From an uncultured delta proteobacterium (GTDB lineage Bacteria > Desulfobacterota > Desulfomonilia > UBA1062), in assembly GCA_963785235.1 (NCBI GenBank), contig CAWAUM010000002.1, positions 32,001-96,000 of the forward strand: a DNA stretch of 64,000 nt, written 5' to 3'. The first letter of the stretch is position 1, and each line of letters begins with the position of its first letter. The position numbers and the translations under genes were made by a program. This document shows, in pieces, positions 30,609 through 42,302 of this stretch. The notes below the pieces were generated by a model that worked only from the letters and a program-made list of their open reading frames with translations, was not told the DNA's origin and made no database searches.

Positions 30609-31076
30609 ATGAACAACAGATATCCACTTATAGTACTGCTCATGGTCCTCATGGGATGCGCAACTCCACAACCTCTGGCACCCACGGTGGATGACACCTC
30701 TTTCTTTCTTGGCCGGTTTGATAAGGTGTGGGATGTGACATTGAAGGTATTGGAGAAGAAATCCTTGGCCATAAAGGACATCAATAAGGAAAAAGGCGAA
30801 ATAGTAACCCGCTTCGCGAATTATTCCATAGGGGCGCGTGCCCACCAGGACCTGCAGACTATCGCTGAAAAACCTGAACTAAGGCTGGGTCTCTATACCC
30901 AGGTGGGTTATTCGCTGACCATCAAGCTCACCCCGATTAATGACATGAGCACACAGGTAAAGATCACTGCAAATATCGAGGCATATGATACAAATGTCAC
31001 CCAGAAGTGGCAAAAGTGCATATCAAAAAATGTTATTGAACGGGAATTATTAGAAAAGATCAAGTCTTCTCTTTAG
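30609..31076 (+). CDS. Hypothetical lipoprotein
   Basis: Lipobox LMGC; SD GGAGA. Confidence 0.7.
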   Translation: MNNRYPLIVLLMVLMGCATPQPLAPTVDDTSFFLGRFDKVWDVTLKVLEKKSLAIKDINKEKGEIVTRFANYSIGARAHQDLQTIAEKPELRLGLYTQVGYSLTIKLTPINDMSTQVKITANIEAYDTNVTQKWQKCISKNVIERELLEKIKSSL

Positions 31077-31077
31077 G

Positions 31078-31113
31078 AAAAAAAAGAGGCTGCCAGAGAT
31101 GGCAGCCTCTTTT
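31078..31113. terminator. Bidirectional intrinsic terminator
   Basis: A-tract-GAGGCTGCCA-gaga-TGGCAGCCTC-T-tract between convergent genes. Confidence 0.85.
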
Positions 31114-31134
31114 AAGTATCATGTGAAGCTTTGA

Positions 31135-32340
31135 TTAATCGCAGAGCTCGAACAGTGCTGCAGCACCCATTCCGCCACCGATACACATGGACTCGACGCC
31201 GTACTTTGCGCCTCTGGCCTGCATTTCGGTCATGAGCTGCGCGCAGAGTTTCGCGCCGGTGCATCCGAGCGGATGGCCAAGGGCAATGGCGCCGCCGTTG
31301 ACGTTGACGATCCGCTGATCACTCTCGTGGGAGTAATACTTCTCGTCATAGAGACCGATCTGCTGGAGGCTGTAGATGGCCTGGGATGCAAAGGCCTCAT
31401 TGACCTCGAAACAGGCCCTATGTCGGATACCTTCGAGGCCTGCAACCTTCAGAACCTTGGGGATCGCATAGGCAGGCCCGACACCCATCTCGTCCGAGCG
31501 GCAACCCGCAACCACATATGCCTTGAACTTGGCAATGGGCTTCACTCCGTACTTCTTGACCGCCTCGCCGCTCATGATCAGTGAACATGCAGCGCCATCA
31601 GTGGTCTGGGAGGAGTTGCCTGCCGTGACCGAGCCCATGGCTGAGAATGCCGGACGGAGCTTTGCAAGACCTTCCATGGTGGTTGGTCTGACACCGTCAT
31701 CAGAATCCTGGATAAAGGTCTCTTTCACGGTGATGCCGTTCTTCTCTTTGAACCTTACTGCCTCTACCGGCACGATCTCCTTGAACTTGCCGTTCTTCTG
31801 GGCCTCGGCTGCCTTTGCCTGTGAGCCGAACGCGAACTTGTCCTGCATCTCACGGGTGATCTTGTAACGGGTGGCCACGTTCTCTGCGGTCATGCCCATG
31901 GAAATGTAGGCATCCGGGTATGTTTTTGCCAGTTCGGGATGAGGCCTGGGCATGTTGCCGCCCATGGGGACTATGGACATGGACTCTAACCCGGCGCCGA
32001 TGGCCACGTCACACATGCCGCCCATGATCCTCATGGCCTGCAGTGATATGGCTTCCAGACCGGAGGCGCAGAACCTGTTGACCGTAGCGCCGCAGGTATC
32101 ATCCGGGAACCCTGACATCTGGGCGATGATGCGACCGATGTTGAGCCCCTGCTCTGCCTCGGGGAATGCACAACCGACCAATATATCTTCCACGTCCTTC
32201 TTCTCTATGCCCTTGGCCCTCTCCATAAGACCGTTGAGTGCGGTCTTCAAGAGATCTTCAGGGCGAGTAAAGGCTAAGGCGCCTCTGCCCCTTCTGCACC
32301 CGGGAATCCTTACTGACTGTACGATATATGCTTCTCTCAT
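31135..32340 (-). CDS. fadA: Acetyl-CoA C-acyltransferase (thiolase)
   Basis: NRFCASG, NEAF, GHPLG, CIGGGMG. Confidence 0.92.
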   Translation of the reverse strand: MREAYIVQSVRIPGCRRGRGALAFTRPEDLLKTALNGLMERAKGIEKKDVEDILVGCAFPEAEQGLNIGRIIAQMSGFPDDTCGATVNRFCASGLEAISLQAMRIMGGMCDVAIGAGLESMSIVPMGGNMPRPHPELAKTYPDAYISMGMTAENVATRYKITREMQDKFAFGSQAKAAEAQKNGKFKEIVPVEAVRFKEKNGITVKETFIQDSDDGVRPTTMEGLAKLRPAFSAMGSVTAGNSSQTTDGAACSLIMSGEAVKKYGVKPIAKFKAYVVAGCRSDEMGVGPAYAIPKVLKVAGLEGIRHRACFEVNEAFASQAIYSLQQIGLYDEKYYSHESDQRIVNVNGGAIALGHPLGCTGAKLCAQLMTEMQARGAKYGVESMCIGGGMGAAALFELCD

Positions 32341-32374
32341 TGGTTTCCTCCTAGTTCTTTCTCGTGTTTTCCGA

Positions 32375-34777
32375 TTACAGGAACAACGGTTTGCCTGTGG
32401 TCATGATGTTCTCGGCCATCTTCTGGGTGTTTTCGGTCTTCCACAGATCGACAAACGCCTCTCTTTCGAGCGTCATGAGGTGCTCTTCGCTGACCGCTGT
32501 TCCGCATGGCACATCACCGCCGGACATACAGACCGCAATCTTCTTGGCGATGAATTCCATGTGAGGCGTGATGTATCCGCCGCCCTTCATGTTGTTCATC
32601 TCGGCCCAGATCATACCCTGGGCCTCGCGTCCGAAGACCGGGATGTTCTTCTTGATGGGCGGGGCATAGCCGTCATCCACCATCTTGAGGACTTCCTTTT
32701 TGGCCTCGCCGATGAGGTTGTCGCGGTTCATGACGATGCGGTCTGCGGCACCGAGGAATCCTCTGGTTCTGGCCTGCTCGGCCGAGTTGGAAACCTTTGC
32801 CTGTGCCACTGCCATGAACGCGTTGATGAAGAATCCGCCGTAATCGGTAACCTTGTAATCTTCGGGCTTGGAAGTGATGATCTTCCTCCAGAGGTTGATC
32901 ATGCCGCAGCCGCCCGGGACCAGACCTGCGCCGATCTCCACCAGACCCATGAACAGGTCGGAATGGGCCACGATCCTGTCGGCGGACAGACAGATCTCAC
33001 AGCCGCCGCCCAGGGCGAGTCCATAGGGTGCTGCAACCACGGGGTACTTGCTGTAGCGGGTACCCATGATACCGGTATGGACGTTTTTAATGAAGGAGTC
33101 GATTTCGTCGAACTTCCCTGCCTTGGCAAGGCCCAGCATGAATGCCAGGTCTCCGCCTGCGGAGAATGCACCCGGCATGCCGCCTGCCTGGTTGCCGATG
33201 ACCATACCGAGGCCGTTGACCGCGACATACTCGCCGGCCTTCTGCATGAATTCCACCATCTCCTTGTTGATGGCGTTCATCTTGGAATGGAACTCGAGGC
33301 AGAGCACGCCGTCACCGATGTCGATGAGGGAGCAGGAACCCGAGGTGAGAACCACTTTCTTCTCGGCCTTGAAGTTGTTGAGATCCAGGGCCTTGGGGCT
33401 CGTCTTCACCTCTTTGTAGCCCTCGGCAGCGAAGTCGTAAAACATCTTCTTGCCCTTTTCGAGCTTGTAGAAGGAGGCAGCGCCTTTCTTGATCATCTTC
33501 TTGACGTTCTCGGGGACCTTGAGGCCGGCCTTTTCCATCTTTGCCACGGAGTCCTTCACGCCGATGGCGTCCCAGGTCTCAAAGGGACCCATCTCAAAGT
33601 TGTAGCCCCACTTCATGGCGTTGTCGATCTCGACTACGGTGTCGGAGATCTCGGGGATACGGTTGGCTGCATAAATGAGTGAGGAAGCAAGTACCTTCCA
33701 AGCAAACGTGGCACCCTTGTCGTCGCCGGAGATGACGGCCTTGATCTTTTCGGGAAGGGTCTTGGCCTTTTTTGCTGCATCGATACAGGGGAAGCTGACC
33801 TTGTCGTAGGTCTCGTACTCGCCGGTCTTAGGATTGATGACCTTCTTGATCCTCTTCCAATCGATGATTTCCTTCTTATAGAATCCGGCCTTTGTCTTGT
33901 TGCCGAGCAGCTTCTTGTCGAGCATTGCCTGGAGGAAATCAGGAAGCTTGAATACGTCCCTCTGCTCGTCATCGGTGCAGAGGTCGTAGGTGTTCTTCAT
34001 GACGTGGGTCATGGTGTCCAGGCCGACCAGGTCGCTTGTGGCGAAGATGGCGGTCTTGGGGCGCCCAAGGGGTGCGCCGAAGATTGCGTCTACCTCGGGA
34101 ATGGTGAGTCCCTCTTCAAGCATGGCCTTCATGGTCGCGCCGATGCCCTGGATGCCGATGCGGTTGCCGATGAAGTTCGGTGTGTCCTTGGCCCAGACGA
34201 TTCCCTTTCCAAGCCTGCTCTCGCCGAACTCAGCAACAAAATCCAGAACCTCTTTCTTGGTGGACTCGCCGGGGATGATCTCCAACAGGTGCATGTAACG
34301 GACCGGGTTGAAGAAGTGCGTGCCCAGGAAGTGCTCCTTGAAGCCCTTGCTGAGACCCTCGGACATGGCCTTGAGCGGGATACCTGAGGTGTTGGAGGAT
34401 ACAATGGCGTCCGGCTTACGGATCTTGTCGATGCGTGCGAACAACTGCTGCTTGATGTCCAGTCTCTCGACGACCACCTCGATGATCCAGTCGCACTCGG
34501 CCAGCTTGTCGAAATCGTCTTCCAGGTTGCCGGTGGAGATACGCATTGCATGATCCTTGTTGTAGAAGAGCGGCGGTTTCGCCTTCATGGCACCTTCCAG
34601 ACCCATGGTGACGATCCGGTTCCTGGCCTTTTTATCCTTCTTCTCTTCTTCCTTCAGGTCGAATGGAACGATGTCGAGCAGGAGCATGTCCACGCCTGCA
34701 GCGGCGAGGAGCGCTGCGATGCCGCCTCCCATGATTCCAGACCCGATAACCGCGGCCTTATTGATTCTCCTGACCAT
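32375..34777 (-). CDS. fadN: 3-hydroxyacyl-CoA dehydrogenase/enoyl-CoA hydratase (FadN type)
   Basis: GSGIMG, SNTS, HFFNP N-terminal; crotonase C-terminal GGGCE, GLVE. Confidence 0.88.
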   Translation of the reverse strand: MVRRINKAAVIGSGIMGGGIAALLAAAGVDMLLLDIVPFDLKEEEKKDKKARNRIVTMGLEGAMKAKPPLFYNKDHAMRISTGNLEDDFDKLAECDWIIEVVVERLDIKQQLFARIDKIRKPDAIVSSNTSGIPLKAMSEGLSKGFKEHFLGTHFFNPVRYMHLLEIIPGESTKKEVLDFVAEFGESRLGKGIVWAKDTPNFIGNRIGIQGIGATMKAMLEEGLTIPEVDAIFGAPLGRPKTAIFATSDLVGLDTMTHVMKNTYDLCTDDEQRDVFKLPDFLQAMLDKKLLGNKTKAGFYKKEIIDWKRIKKVINPKTGEYETYDKVSFPCIDAAKKAKTLPEKIKAVISGDDKGATFAWKVLASSLIYAANRIPEISDTVVEIDNAMKWGYNFEMGPFETWDAIGVKDSVAKMEKAGLKVPENVKKMIKKGAASFYKLEKGKKMFYDFAAEGYKEVKTSPKALDLNNFKAEKKVVLTSGSCSLIDIGDGVLCLEFHSKMNAINKEMVEFMQKAGEYVAVNGLGMVIGNQAGGMPGAFSAGGDLAFMLGLAKAGKFDEIDSFIKNVHTGIMGTRYSKYPVVAAPYGLALGGGCEICLSADRIVAHSDLFMGLVEIGAGLVPGGCGMINLWRKIITSKPEDYKVTDYGGFFINAFMAVAQAKVSNSAEQARTRGFLGAADRIVMNRDNLIGEAKKEVLKMVDDGYAPPIKKNIPVFGREAQGMIWAEMNNMKGGGYITPHMEFIAKKIAVCMSGGDVPCGTAVSEEHLMTLEREAFVDLWKTENTQKMAENIMTTGKPLFL

Positions 34778-35005
34778 TATACCCTCCTCTGTTTTGTGTT
34801 TGTTGTTTATCTGAGTAAGTGAAAACTGAATCAACCTTCAATTTATACCTGAAATAAGATTTAGTCAACAAAACAGATGTGGATGAGCAAAGTTTTTTTC
34901 GAGGTATTTAATGGAAGAATCAATGGGACCTTCATACTGCATATGAGAAAAATCAAGGATCGAGAGCAACTCATCTTGGCTAGACATTTAAAAAAGATGT
35001 CGAAG

Positions 35006-35846
35006 TTATCTGGCTTGGGCCGCCTCTTTATCACGCTGGAATATTCTTGCGCCGGTCAATTTTTGGAGACCCACGGGAAATAGTCGCTTGAGCCAGTCGT
35101 ATAAATATGAATCAGGTCCAACCATGATCCGTAGCTTATCTTTTTTAATCCCTTCAATGATAATACGTGCTGCTTTCACAGCCGTTGTCCCGGCCAGCCT
35201 GTCAAAGATTGCCACAATATCATCCCTTCCCACGGAATGATCGGATGACTTATAGTACTTTGCGTTACGGACAATGTTCGTCTTGATCCCGCCGGGATGT
35301 ACGCAGCTCACAATAATCCGGCTGCCGCGAAGCTCTTGAAAGAGCGTCTCGGTAAAACCTCTGACCGCGAACTTGGCAGTACAGTATGCACCATTATTGG
35401 GATTGGTAAAGATCCCGTTTACGCTGCTGATGTTTACGATATGTCCTTGGGGTTGTATTTTCAGATAGGGGAGAAACTCCTTACATCCATAGACCACACC
35501 CCACAGGTTTATATCCATAAGCCACTTGAAATCCTTATATGAAATATCCTCAAGGGTCTCCATTACGACAACCCGGCATTATTTATTACCAGGTGTACAG
35601 CCCGTGGATATTTACCACTTCCTCTGCATAGCGCTTGACCTGCTCCTGCACAGAAACATCCACTATATGGGTGGTTACCCTGACATTCCGGGAGCCTATC
35701 ATATTGGCGGTCTCTTTGAGGCCCGCTTCATCCACATCCGAGATGGCCACATGACAACCTTCATCAGCAAGAGTATTTGCCAATGCCCTCCCGATGCCCG
35801 ATGCCGCGCCAGTGATGGCTGCAACCTTGCCGACTAGATCCTTCAT
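35006..35846 (-). CDS. SDR oxidoreductase, broken near 35570-35600
   Basis: TGAASGIG, NISS, YCTAK, HPGGIKT. Confidence 0.85.
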
Positions 35847-36130
35847 AACACACCCCTTTCATCCAATAGGATCAGCATACTCAACCATATCATGTGGTGT
35901 TGCTTCATATGGAAGTCTTACAGGACGCGATTAAGGCAGAATTAAATTTTTAAAAAACTTACCCCGCAAGACCCTTTTCAATGGGATATAAAACTGATTG
36001 TGTAGGGAGTGTGGAAAAGTTAGAAAACTGCCCCGCCCCGAGAAAGGGCGGTGATTGGTTAAAGGAAATATGACCCGCAGGGTCATGTTTCCAAGGAGGG
36101 TATACAACTATGCCTTAAGGCCTATACCCC

Positions 36131-36322
36131 TTATTCTTCTATACGCGGCTGCGGACCAGGAACAATGCCAGCGAGATCCGGGTCTTCCTCATTTAACAAA
36201 GGATCCTTGTTGTCCTTGAGGTCTTTGCGTTCGATCTTCTTGGCGTCCTTGGCAATCCTCTTGCGCCTCTTTGCCTCTTCGCGTTCCTTCTTTTTAAAGG
36301 TGTTCGTTGATCTGTTAGCCAT
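36131..36322 (-). CDS. Small basic hypothetical protein (63 aa)
   Basis: MANRSTNTFKKKEREEAKRRKR...DPDLAGIVPGPQP; SD GGAGG. Confidence 0.7.
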   Translation of the reverse strand: MANRSTNTFKKKEREEAKRRKRIAKDAKKIERKDLKDNKDPLLNEEDPDLAGIVPGPQPRIEE

Positions 36323-36773
36323 GTATACCTCCCGGCTTGATGCCTGTGAGACCTGGTCCGGTCGAACCATGCCGCCGAGGCTTATTGCTGGGAACGAACT
36401 CGTCTGTGTCCCAGGTAGCTTCAGGGGTGGGTCATGTCCCTCCCCGGTTTTTCATTCTATGAGGATGCTGTTAACATCTTGCATTATTCTCCAGCCTCGT
36501 AAAGTCCTTTTAACGCTGCTGAAGAAATCCTAAGAACTGAAGATATCGACGATGAAATGTTGACTTGGGGGAGCCGTACAGAAGGTGTTCTTCGCAGGTC
36601 AAAACTCAAGTCGAATATATTCTTTTCAGATGTACGATATCCGTAGTTCACAACTAGGCCAGTGTCAAGGGTTAAATAGACGATAAAGAAGCAAACTCAA
36701 CCCATCTGAGATGAACTTTCAGTGCAGCCTAATGCACATTCATACTCATCAGAAGAAAGGAATAAAGGCCTTT

Positions 36774-37834
36774 TCAAAGTCGCTTCTTCTCGGCGCTCAT
36801 GAGGGTAAAGGTTTCGAAGACCGTCTCCGGGGGGGTGTAGACCTTTTCTGCAGCCTTTTTCAAGAGGACAAGCGCCCCGGTTGGGCAGGTGGTCACACAC
36901 AGACCGCACCCGAGGCAGCGCTGCGCCATGTACTGAATCTTATCATCCTTGAGCCGTAAAGGCGCCAACGGGACAGCGGGAAACACACACACCACAGTCA
37001 GTACAGAGCGTCTCATCCAAGGAGCAGACATAGTTACTCTTAACCTCTCTGGCCGGTGCAGGGAAGAGCTTGAGCGAGATAAGCATGCCGCAGCAGCAGG
37101 AACAGCAGGAGCACATGGCCTCCACCTTCTGTGAATTCAGGATATGTATGACCAGGCCTTCTTGTTCATTTCGTTTCAGAATGGAGAGTGCCTCGTCCGT
37201 GCTGATGTAGCGGGCCATGCCGTTTTCCACATAGTAATCCGCAAAGGAATCGAACTGGATGCAGGTCTCCAAAGGGTGGGAACAGGTCTTGCCGTACATG
37301 GCCACTGCCTTTCGGCAGAAGCATCGGCAACGGCAATACGCGACTTTGTCCTGATGATGGCAGCGGCATCATCATAGGGTGCAATAGGCCCATCTGGGGT
37401 GATATCGGCATTGATGGGGATGGACCGCAGGTGTGGGGTTTTAAGCCCATGGAAGGTGGCGCCAAGGCCGGTGAGGTAATATTCGGAAATATCTTTGAGA
37501 AGCTCAGGGCTCAGGTTGTTCAGCTGGAATTCGTATATGCCCACAATGAACGGAATGGGGAAGTACCTGACCCTTTCTCCTTCGCGAAGCCTGAAGATAA
37601 GGCCCTTCACTGCCATGTCTTCCAGCTTAGAGCAAGAGAGGAAGGGTCTGATTGGACACGTGAGGCTACTTCATCTACGGTTTCAGGCATGAGAGCCATG
37701 GCGAGAAACAATTCTGCTTCATCCTCAGAGAAAAGCTGTTTTAATATCCTTATTTCCGCCCCGCTTGTCGTGGCAGGATATCCGGTCGCCATCTCATCAA
37801 GCCTGTCTCGCAACCTGTCATAGATATCGGGCAT
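36774..37834 (-). CDS. 4Fe-4S binding protein, split in 4 pieces by frameshifts
   Basis: GIYEFQL, CSCCSCCC, CTDCGVCVSRCP, CLGCGLCVTTCP. Confidence 0.8.
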
Positions 37835-37964
37835 GTCTTCTGATCCTCTCTTCCATAGGATTACCAGACATCATAACAATCGAAAGGGGGTTACTATGAA
37901 AAAATGACGCAAGCTTTCAGATAAAGGATGGGACTCATCCAGATTCCATTATCCACTTCTGGTG

Positions 37965-40612
37965 CTAAGGTTTCTTGGGGAGTGGTAATGTACCGATACG
38001 GTAGATGCCCTCTGTCCCCTCAGGGATTTGAAAGGCTACAACACCCAATCCTGATGATTCATAAGGTCTTATCTCATAGTTCCCTGGTTTCAGGCCCAGC
38101 AGTTGGAACTGGCCCTTCCGGCTGGTGAATGTCCTGAGAGACTCAGCTTTCTTATCGTTCAGGGATACAATCTCGACAGGCTGGTGCCCGAAGGGCTCTC
38201 CGCTGGCTCCATCAACAAGGCTTCCGATGACAACAACCTTGGAATCCGAGCCAATATAGAGCGCATATCCTGATTTATATGTTGGGAACAGGGTGAAGTT
38301 TGGCTTTTCAACAAGGTAGCCCGCTGGAGGGTCCATAGGCTGTATCTCTATCTTCTTTATATTATATGGAGAGAGAGAAGGGAGAACAGCCGGGCCGTAT
38401 CTGCTCGACACAGCTTGATATCCATCGGAGCTGGGGTTGATGGCAATCTGGGAATCTTCAAGATTCTTGATCCCTTTCACCAGTACGAACCCTTGGCTCA
38501 CAGGCCGGGATACGGCCCAGTTCCCGTCCACATACACAAGGGCGCTCTGGAGGGTGATGGCAGATTGATTCATGATGCCCTTATCATCATGCCTGTCCGG
38601 GTTATAAAGATCTTGCGAAAACTCAATAATGCCCCGGTTCCCGACATATCCCGCCTTTGCCTCGTATTGATCCAGCGTAGAACTCCGGTTCGCAGAGACG
38701 TGGGCATAGGTCCTTTCAGGCACGGAGGATAACTGATTATAATCCCACTGCATGCCGATATTCCCGCCTGAAGCCATGCTGAGGGATGCGCTCTGGTTCT
38801 GGTTTGGAAACATCCAGACCAGCCCGAAGAAGACATTCGTATTCGTTCGCCCCTCCTGGTCGCGGTTGTATTGCACGGCGAGGTTGCTGCTCAGGTTTGT
38901 AAACCAGGTTCGGCTTATTCCCCCGGAGAGATTATATCGGTTTGGCACACCATGCTCCCAAACGAATGTATACCCGGCTCCGATGCTTGAAGAGAAACCA
39001 TAACCCAGCGGGATAATGATGTAGCTCGATAGGCTCAATGATGCAGCATCATCGGGGATGGGATTGGTGATACGGGTGAAGCCTTCCCCGAGGTATTCCA
39101 GCCCGAGCTGCCAGCTTGGATCAGAGCCGGAATGGCTTGGCTTGGGCTTGTGGGTAAAGGTGAATTTGCTCGCCAGACCACGACCCTCATTCTTCGCAGC
39201 ACTCAGGGCCGTATCAAAAGAGATTACACCCAGGGGCAGTGAATATATCCCTTCGAACCCTGCCAACCCCTGATCATGAAGCCCTGCACGTATCCGCATA
39301 TGGTAAAGATCGCTGTGCCCTTTTCAATAAGGATATCACAGGCTCATCAGGAGAATACCTGTAGGTGTTCTCCTGAGTCATGCTGCGGAACCCTAAGTTA
39401 TATGAGAACTGTGAGAGCCCAGAGGCCAAAAGAGATGTCTCCAGGATGAATGAAAACCGCAGGACCTGAACCCTGCCGTAGATATCTGTAATGACTATCC
39501 TCACATCGTTTTGCCCGTTGGAGAAGGGGAAATCCCTGATATCATGAGTACCTGGGGTAAGGCGCAAGGTACCTGTGAGGGTCTCATTCACCCAAACATC
39601 CACGGTTGCCGAGGTATCAAGATAGAATTCAAACTGGCTCACCGGGTAGGCATTGATATAGGGTTGGAGGGAGAAATCCCTGGAAGCGCCTATGCCGCCC
39701 ATGTTTATCGTCGACTGATATCCCACTATAGGGTAGACCAGATCTCCGGCGCTATACCTTACGAGATCTTTCGAGTTATCATAGACAAGCCTCGTGTAAC
39801 CGCGCTGCAGGGGATGGTCAAAGGATTCCAGGTATGAAGGCGACCCTTCCAGCACAAGACCTTTCCAGTTCCATGCACTGTCAAAATCTACAACCATAAG
39901 GACCCCGGTGTTCATTATCGATACCCGAATGCTGAGGGTATCGCCAGCGTTCTTTGGCGCTCATATTCACATAACCGGAGAATGCATTCGGGCGTAGCGC
40001 ATCAACTGATGCAGGGTCTATCCTGATCCCGGTTATGTGGTGAATCTGAATGCCCTGCAGATCATCAGGAACTAAAATTGACAGCATAAATCTTTTCACA
40101 TCGAATGCCGCGGTGAGCCCTTCTTCTTCAAGCACTCCTTTGGAAAGCATCCCTCGAGAATCGACCTTTTCCCCAAGTTCTTTGAGTATCTCAGGCTTGA
40201 GGATATCGGACAGACAAGACAGCACATATGCTCCTGGGAAAAAGAATTCTCTGCGGTCTTCAGAAAAGCTCATGCTGATCTTTCCGCAGCTTTTCCCTGT
40301 ACGATAAGAGGGACGATCATCTCCAGGGGCAGTTTCGGGGGAGGTTTTTTAAAGACCTCTATAAAAAGCTCATCGCGGGTTTGGGGTGTGGGTGTCTGGT
40401 TCAGACGCGGGTGCCGGGGATGGTGTTTCAGCAGCAGGAGCAGAGGATTTGGTTCGAAAGGTCGGATCGGCTGGATCAAAGGCCCAAACATAAGAAATGC
40501 TCAGGACACAGAAAAATACTATGCAGAGAAGGCATTTTGCAATCCCGGCATCCCTGACAACTCCACGTGACATAGTCCCTTGTGCTTTTTGATGTTTTCT
40601 TATCGCTTTCAC
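37965..40612 (-). CDS. Fimbrial usher-like outer-membrane protein, several frameshifts
   Basis: AGDL, FYLDTSATVDVWVNE..LTPG..GQNDVRIVITDIYG, LLASGLSQFSY..G; beta-strand rich. Confidence 0.75.
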
Positions 40613-40618
40613 GGCCCT

Positions 40619-41420
40619 CTACTCAAAGGTAACGGTTACCTTCACAGGCCCGACAGGTACCGATTCCGGCCATGGCAATACGCATCGGCGGCGATATCCG
40701 GCATAAAGACTGTGTGTTGTTTGGTCTTTCGGCAATGGCGGCTTATAGGTGACTGGCCTTATCGACATATCAGCTTGCTCACCCTTGAACAGGGGCAACG
40801 ATAAGACTCATTCCAGTAAGTTTTTGACGAGCAGAGCCTCTGATTGAATAACACTCAGAATCATATGGGGCTTCCCCGCCTCATCCATCTCGACATTTGC
40901 CGATTCAACAACAACATCAGGTGTTACCTTGTGGGGACGTACAAAGATCAATCCTTCATACCGAACCAAGGTTCTTACTTCTAAACGGACTTTATCTTTA
41001 ATTTCTTCATCGTCTTTTTTCGATTTCAGATCGATAGGCACATTTTCGGCAATAAAACTGTAGACAAGCTCTTTGTCAGGGAGAGCACTGCCTGCCCACT
41101 GGATGTACACCATCTGAACTTCACCCGGATAATAGGATCATCTGGGCAGGGTACATCACGAAATTTTCATCCGTCTCATCAGATGAATGGGATACACGGC
41201 CTGAGATATCCATCTCTCTCTTTACAACACGCATCTCAATGGCTATGGGCAGATCATTGTCTCCCAAGTGCGAAACAGAGACCCAGGCTTGAGATTTTCT
41301 GCCGGTAGGCTCAAGGGTGATGATCTGAGGAGAAACTGAAAAACTCGCATGTGCCTGAGATAATGGCACGAGTATTGAAAGAATCCCCATACATAGAATT
41401 AAAAAAAACTTTAATATCAT
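40619..41420 (-). CDS. PapD-like pilus chaperone, frameshifted
   Basis: Signal peptide, FSVSPQII, VMYPAQMIL, YIQW, ELVYSFIAENVP. Confidence 0.7.
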
Positions 41421-41485
41421 CGCATCTCGTTAATCCACAAATAGAAGGGGGAACAATGCCCCCTGCTCTTTGTTTATTGAAAGAC

Positions 41486-42048
41486 CTAGCTTCCATCACC
41501 TACGGTGAGCGTCGCAGTGAGTGTTTCTTGGTAAGTCCCCTGCAGAAGCCTGGTATCGGCAGCCCAGTCAGCCTTGACTATCCACCTGATAGCCCACGGT
41601 TGCTGTGCTCTGCTTCGCGCTGTGTATCCCAGGTGTAGGAGGCCGGGCCGCTCCCTGATAAGGTAAAGGTCGCCGGCAGGGGAAGAAAGGCCCGCACCAA
41701 GGGTGCCAGAGCCGGATTAATCTGAATTGAGTGATCGGTATTACGGCACCTACGCCTGAGACAACAGTTATACCATCTCCAGCAGCCGCAACCCTTGTAA
41801 AGACACCATCATTCGTGAAGTCAAGCTTGAGATCAAAGGCGTTCTCGTAGTTGTTATCAATGGTGATGGTGGCAATAGTCACGTCGTTTCCAAGCGCTGC
41901 TGAAAGCAAGGGTTGTCACAGCTGTGGGGCTGCTGATTGTATTGACCGCGGTGACAGTGCCCTCGGGCACTAAAACAGCTGCCAGGCAGATCCCCGCGAA
42001 GGCAAGGCAAAAGGCCGATGCTACGATAATAACTTTTAATACCTTCAT
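41486..42048 (-). CDS. Putative pilin subunit, frameshifted
   Basis: Signal peptide; Thr/Ala-rich; C-terminal GTYQETLTATLTV strand typical of chaperone-usher subunits. Confidence 0.6.
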
Positions 42049-42302
42049 AATTCTTACCCCCTTATGGGTGTATTGGTCTCGCGATGTCCGCCGAAACGCA
42101 TTTTTCTTTGATTCTATTGAGACTTATCGGTTATAATTGTATTTTACTGAATGAAATCCTTAACGTGATCATCTTTTGAGGGATGTTTGAGGATGGATTT
42201 TTGAGGATGTGAGATCAGGTGCATTCTTTGTCTTGATCTTTTCAATCCACAGTATATCTTAATAAAATAACCATATTTGTATTGATTGAAGGGAGAATCT
42301 GT

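Noticed and set aside
31952-33682. 576-aa plus-strand ORF (similarly 704-2032, 45818-46969, 47726-48619)
   Set aside because: Antisense shadows of strongly codon-biased genes; no recognisable motifs
36774-37834. Selenocysteine or programmed recoding in split genes
   Set aside because: Breaks are frame changes, not in-frame TGA, and match the window-wide indel noise
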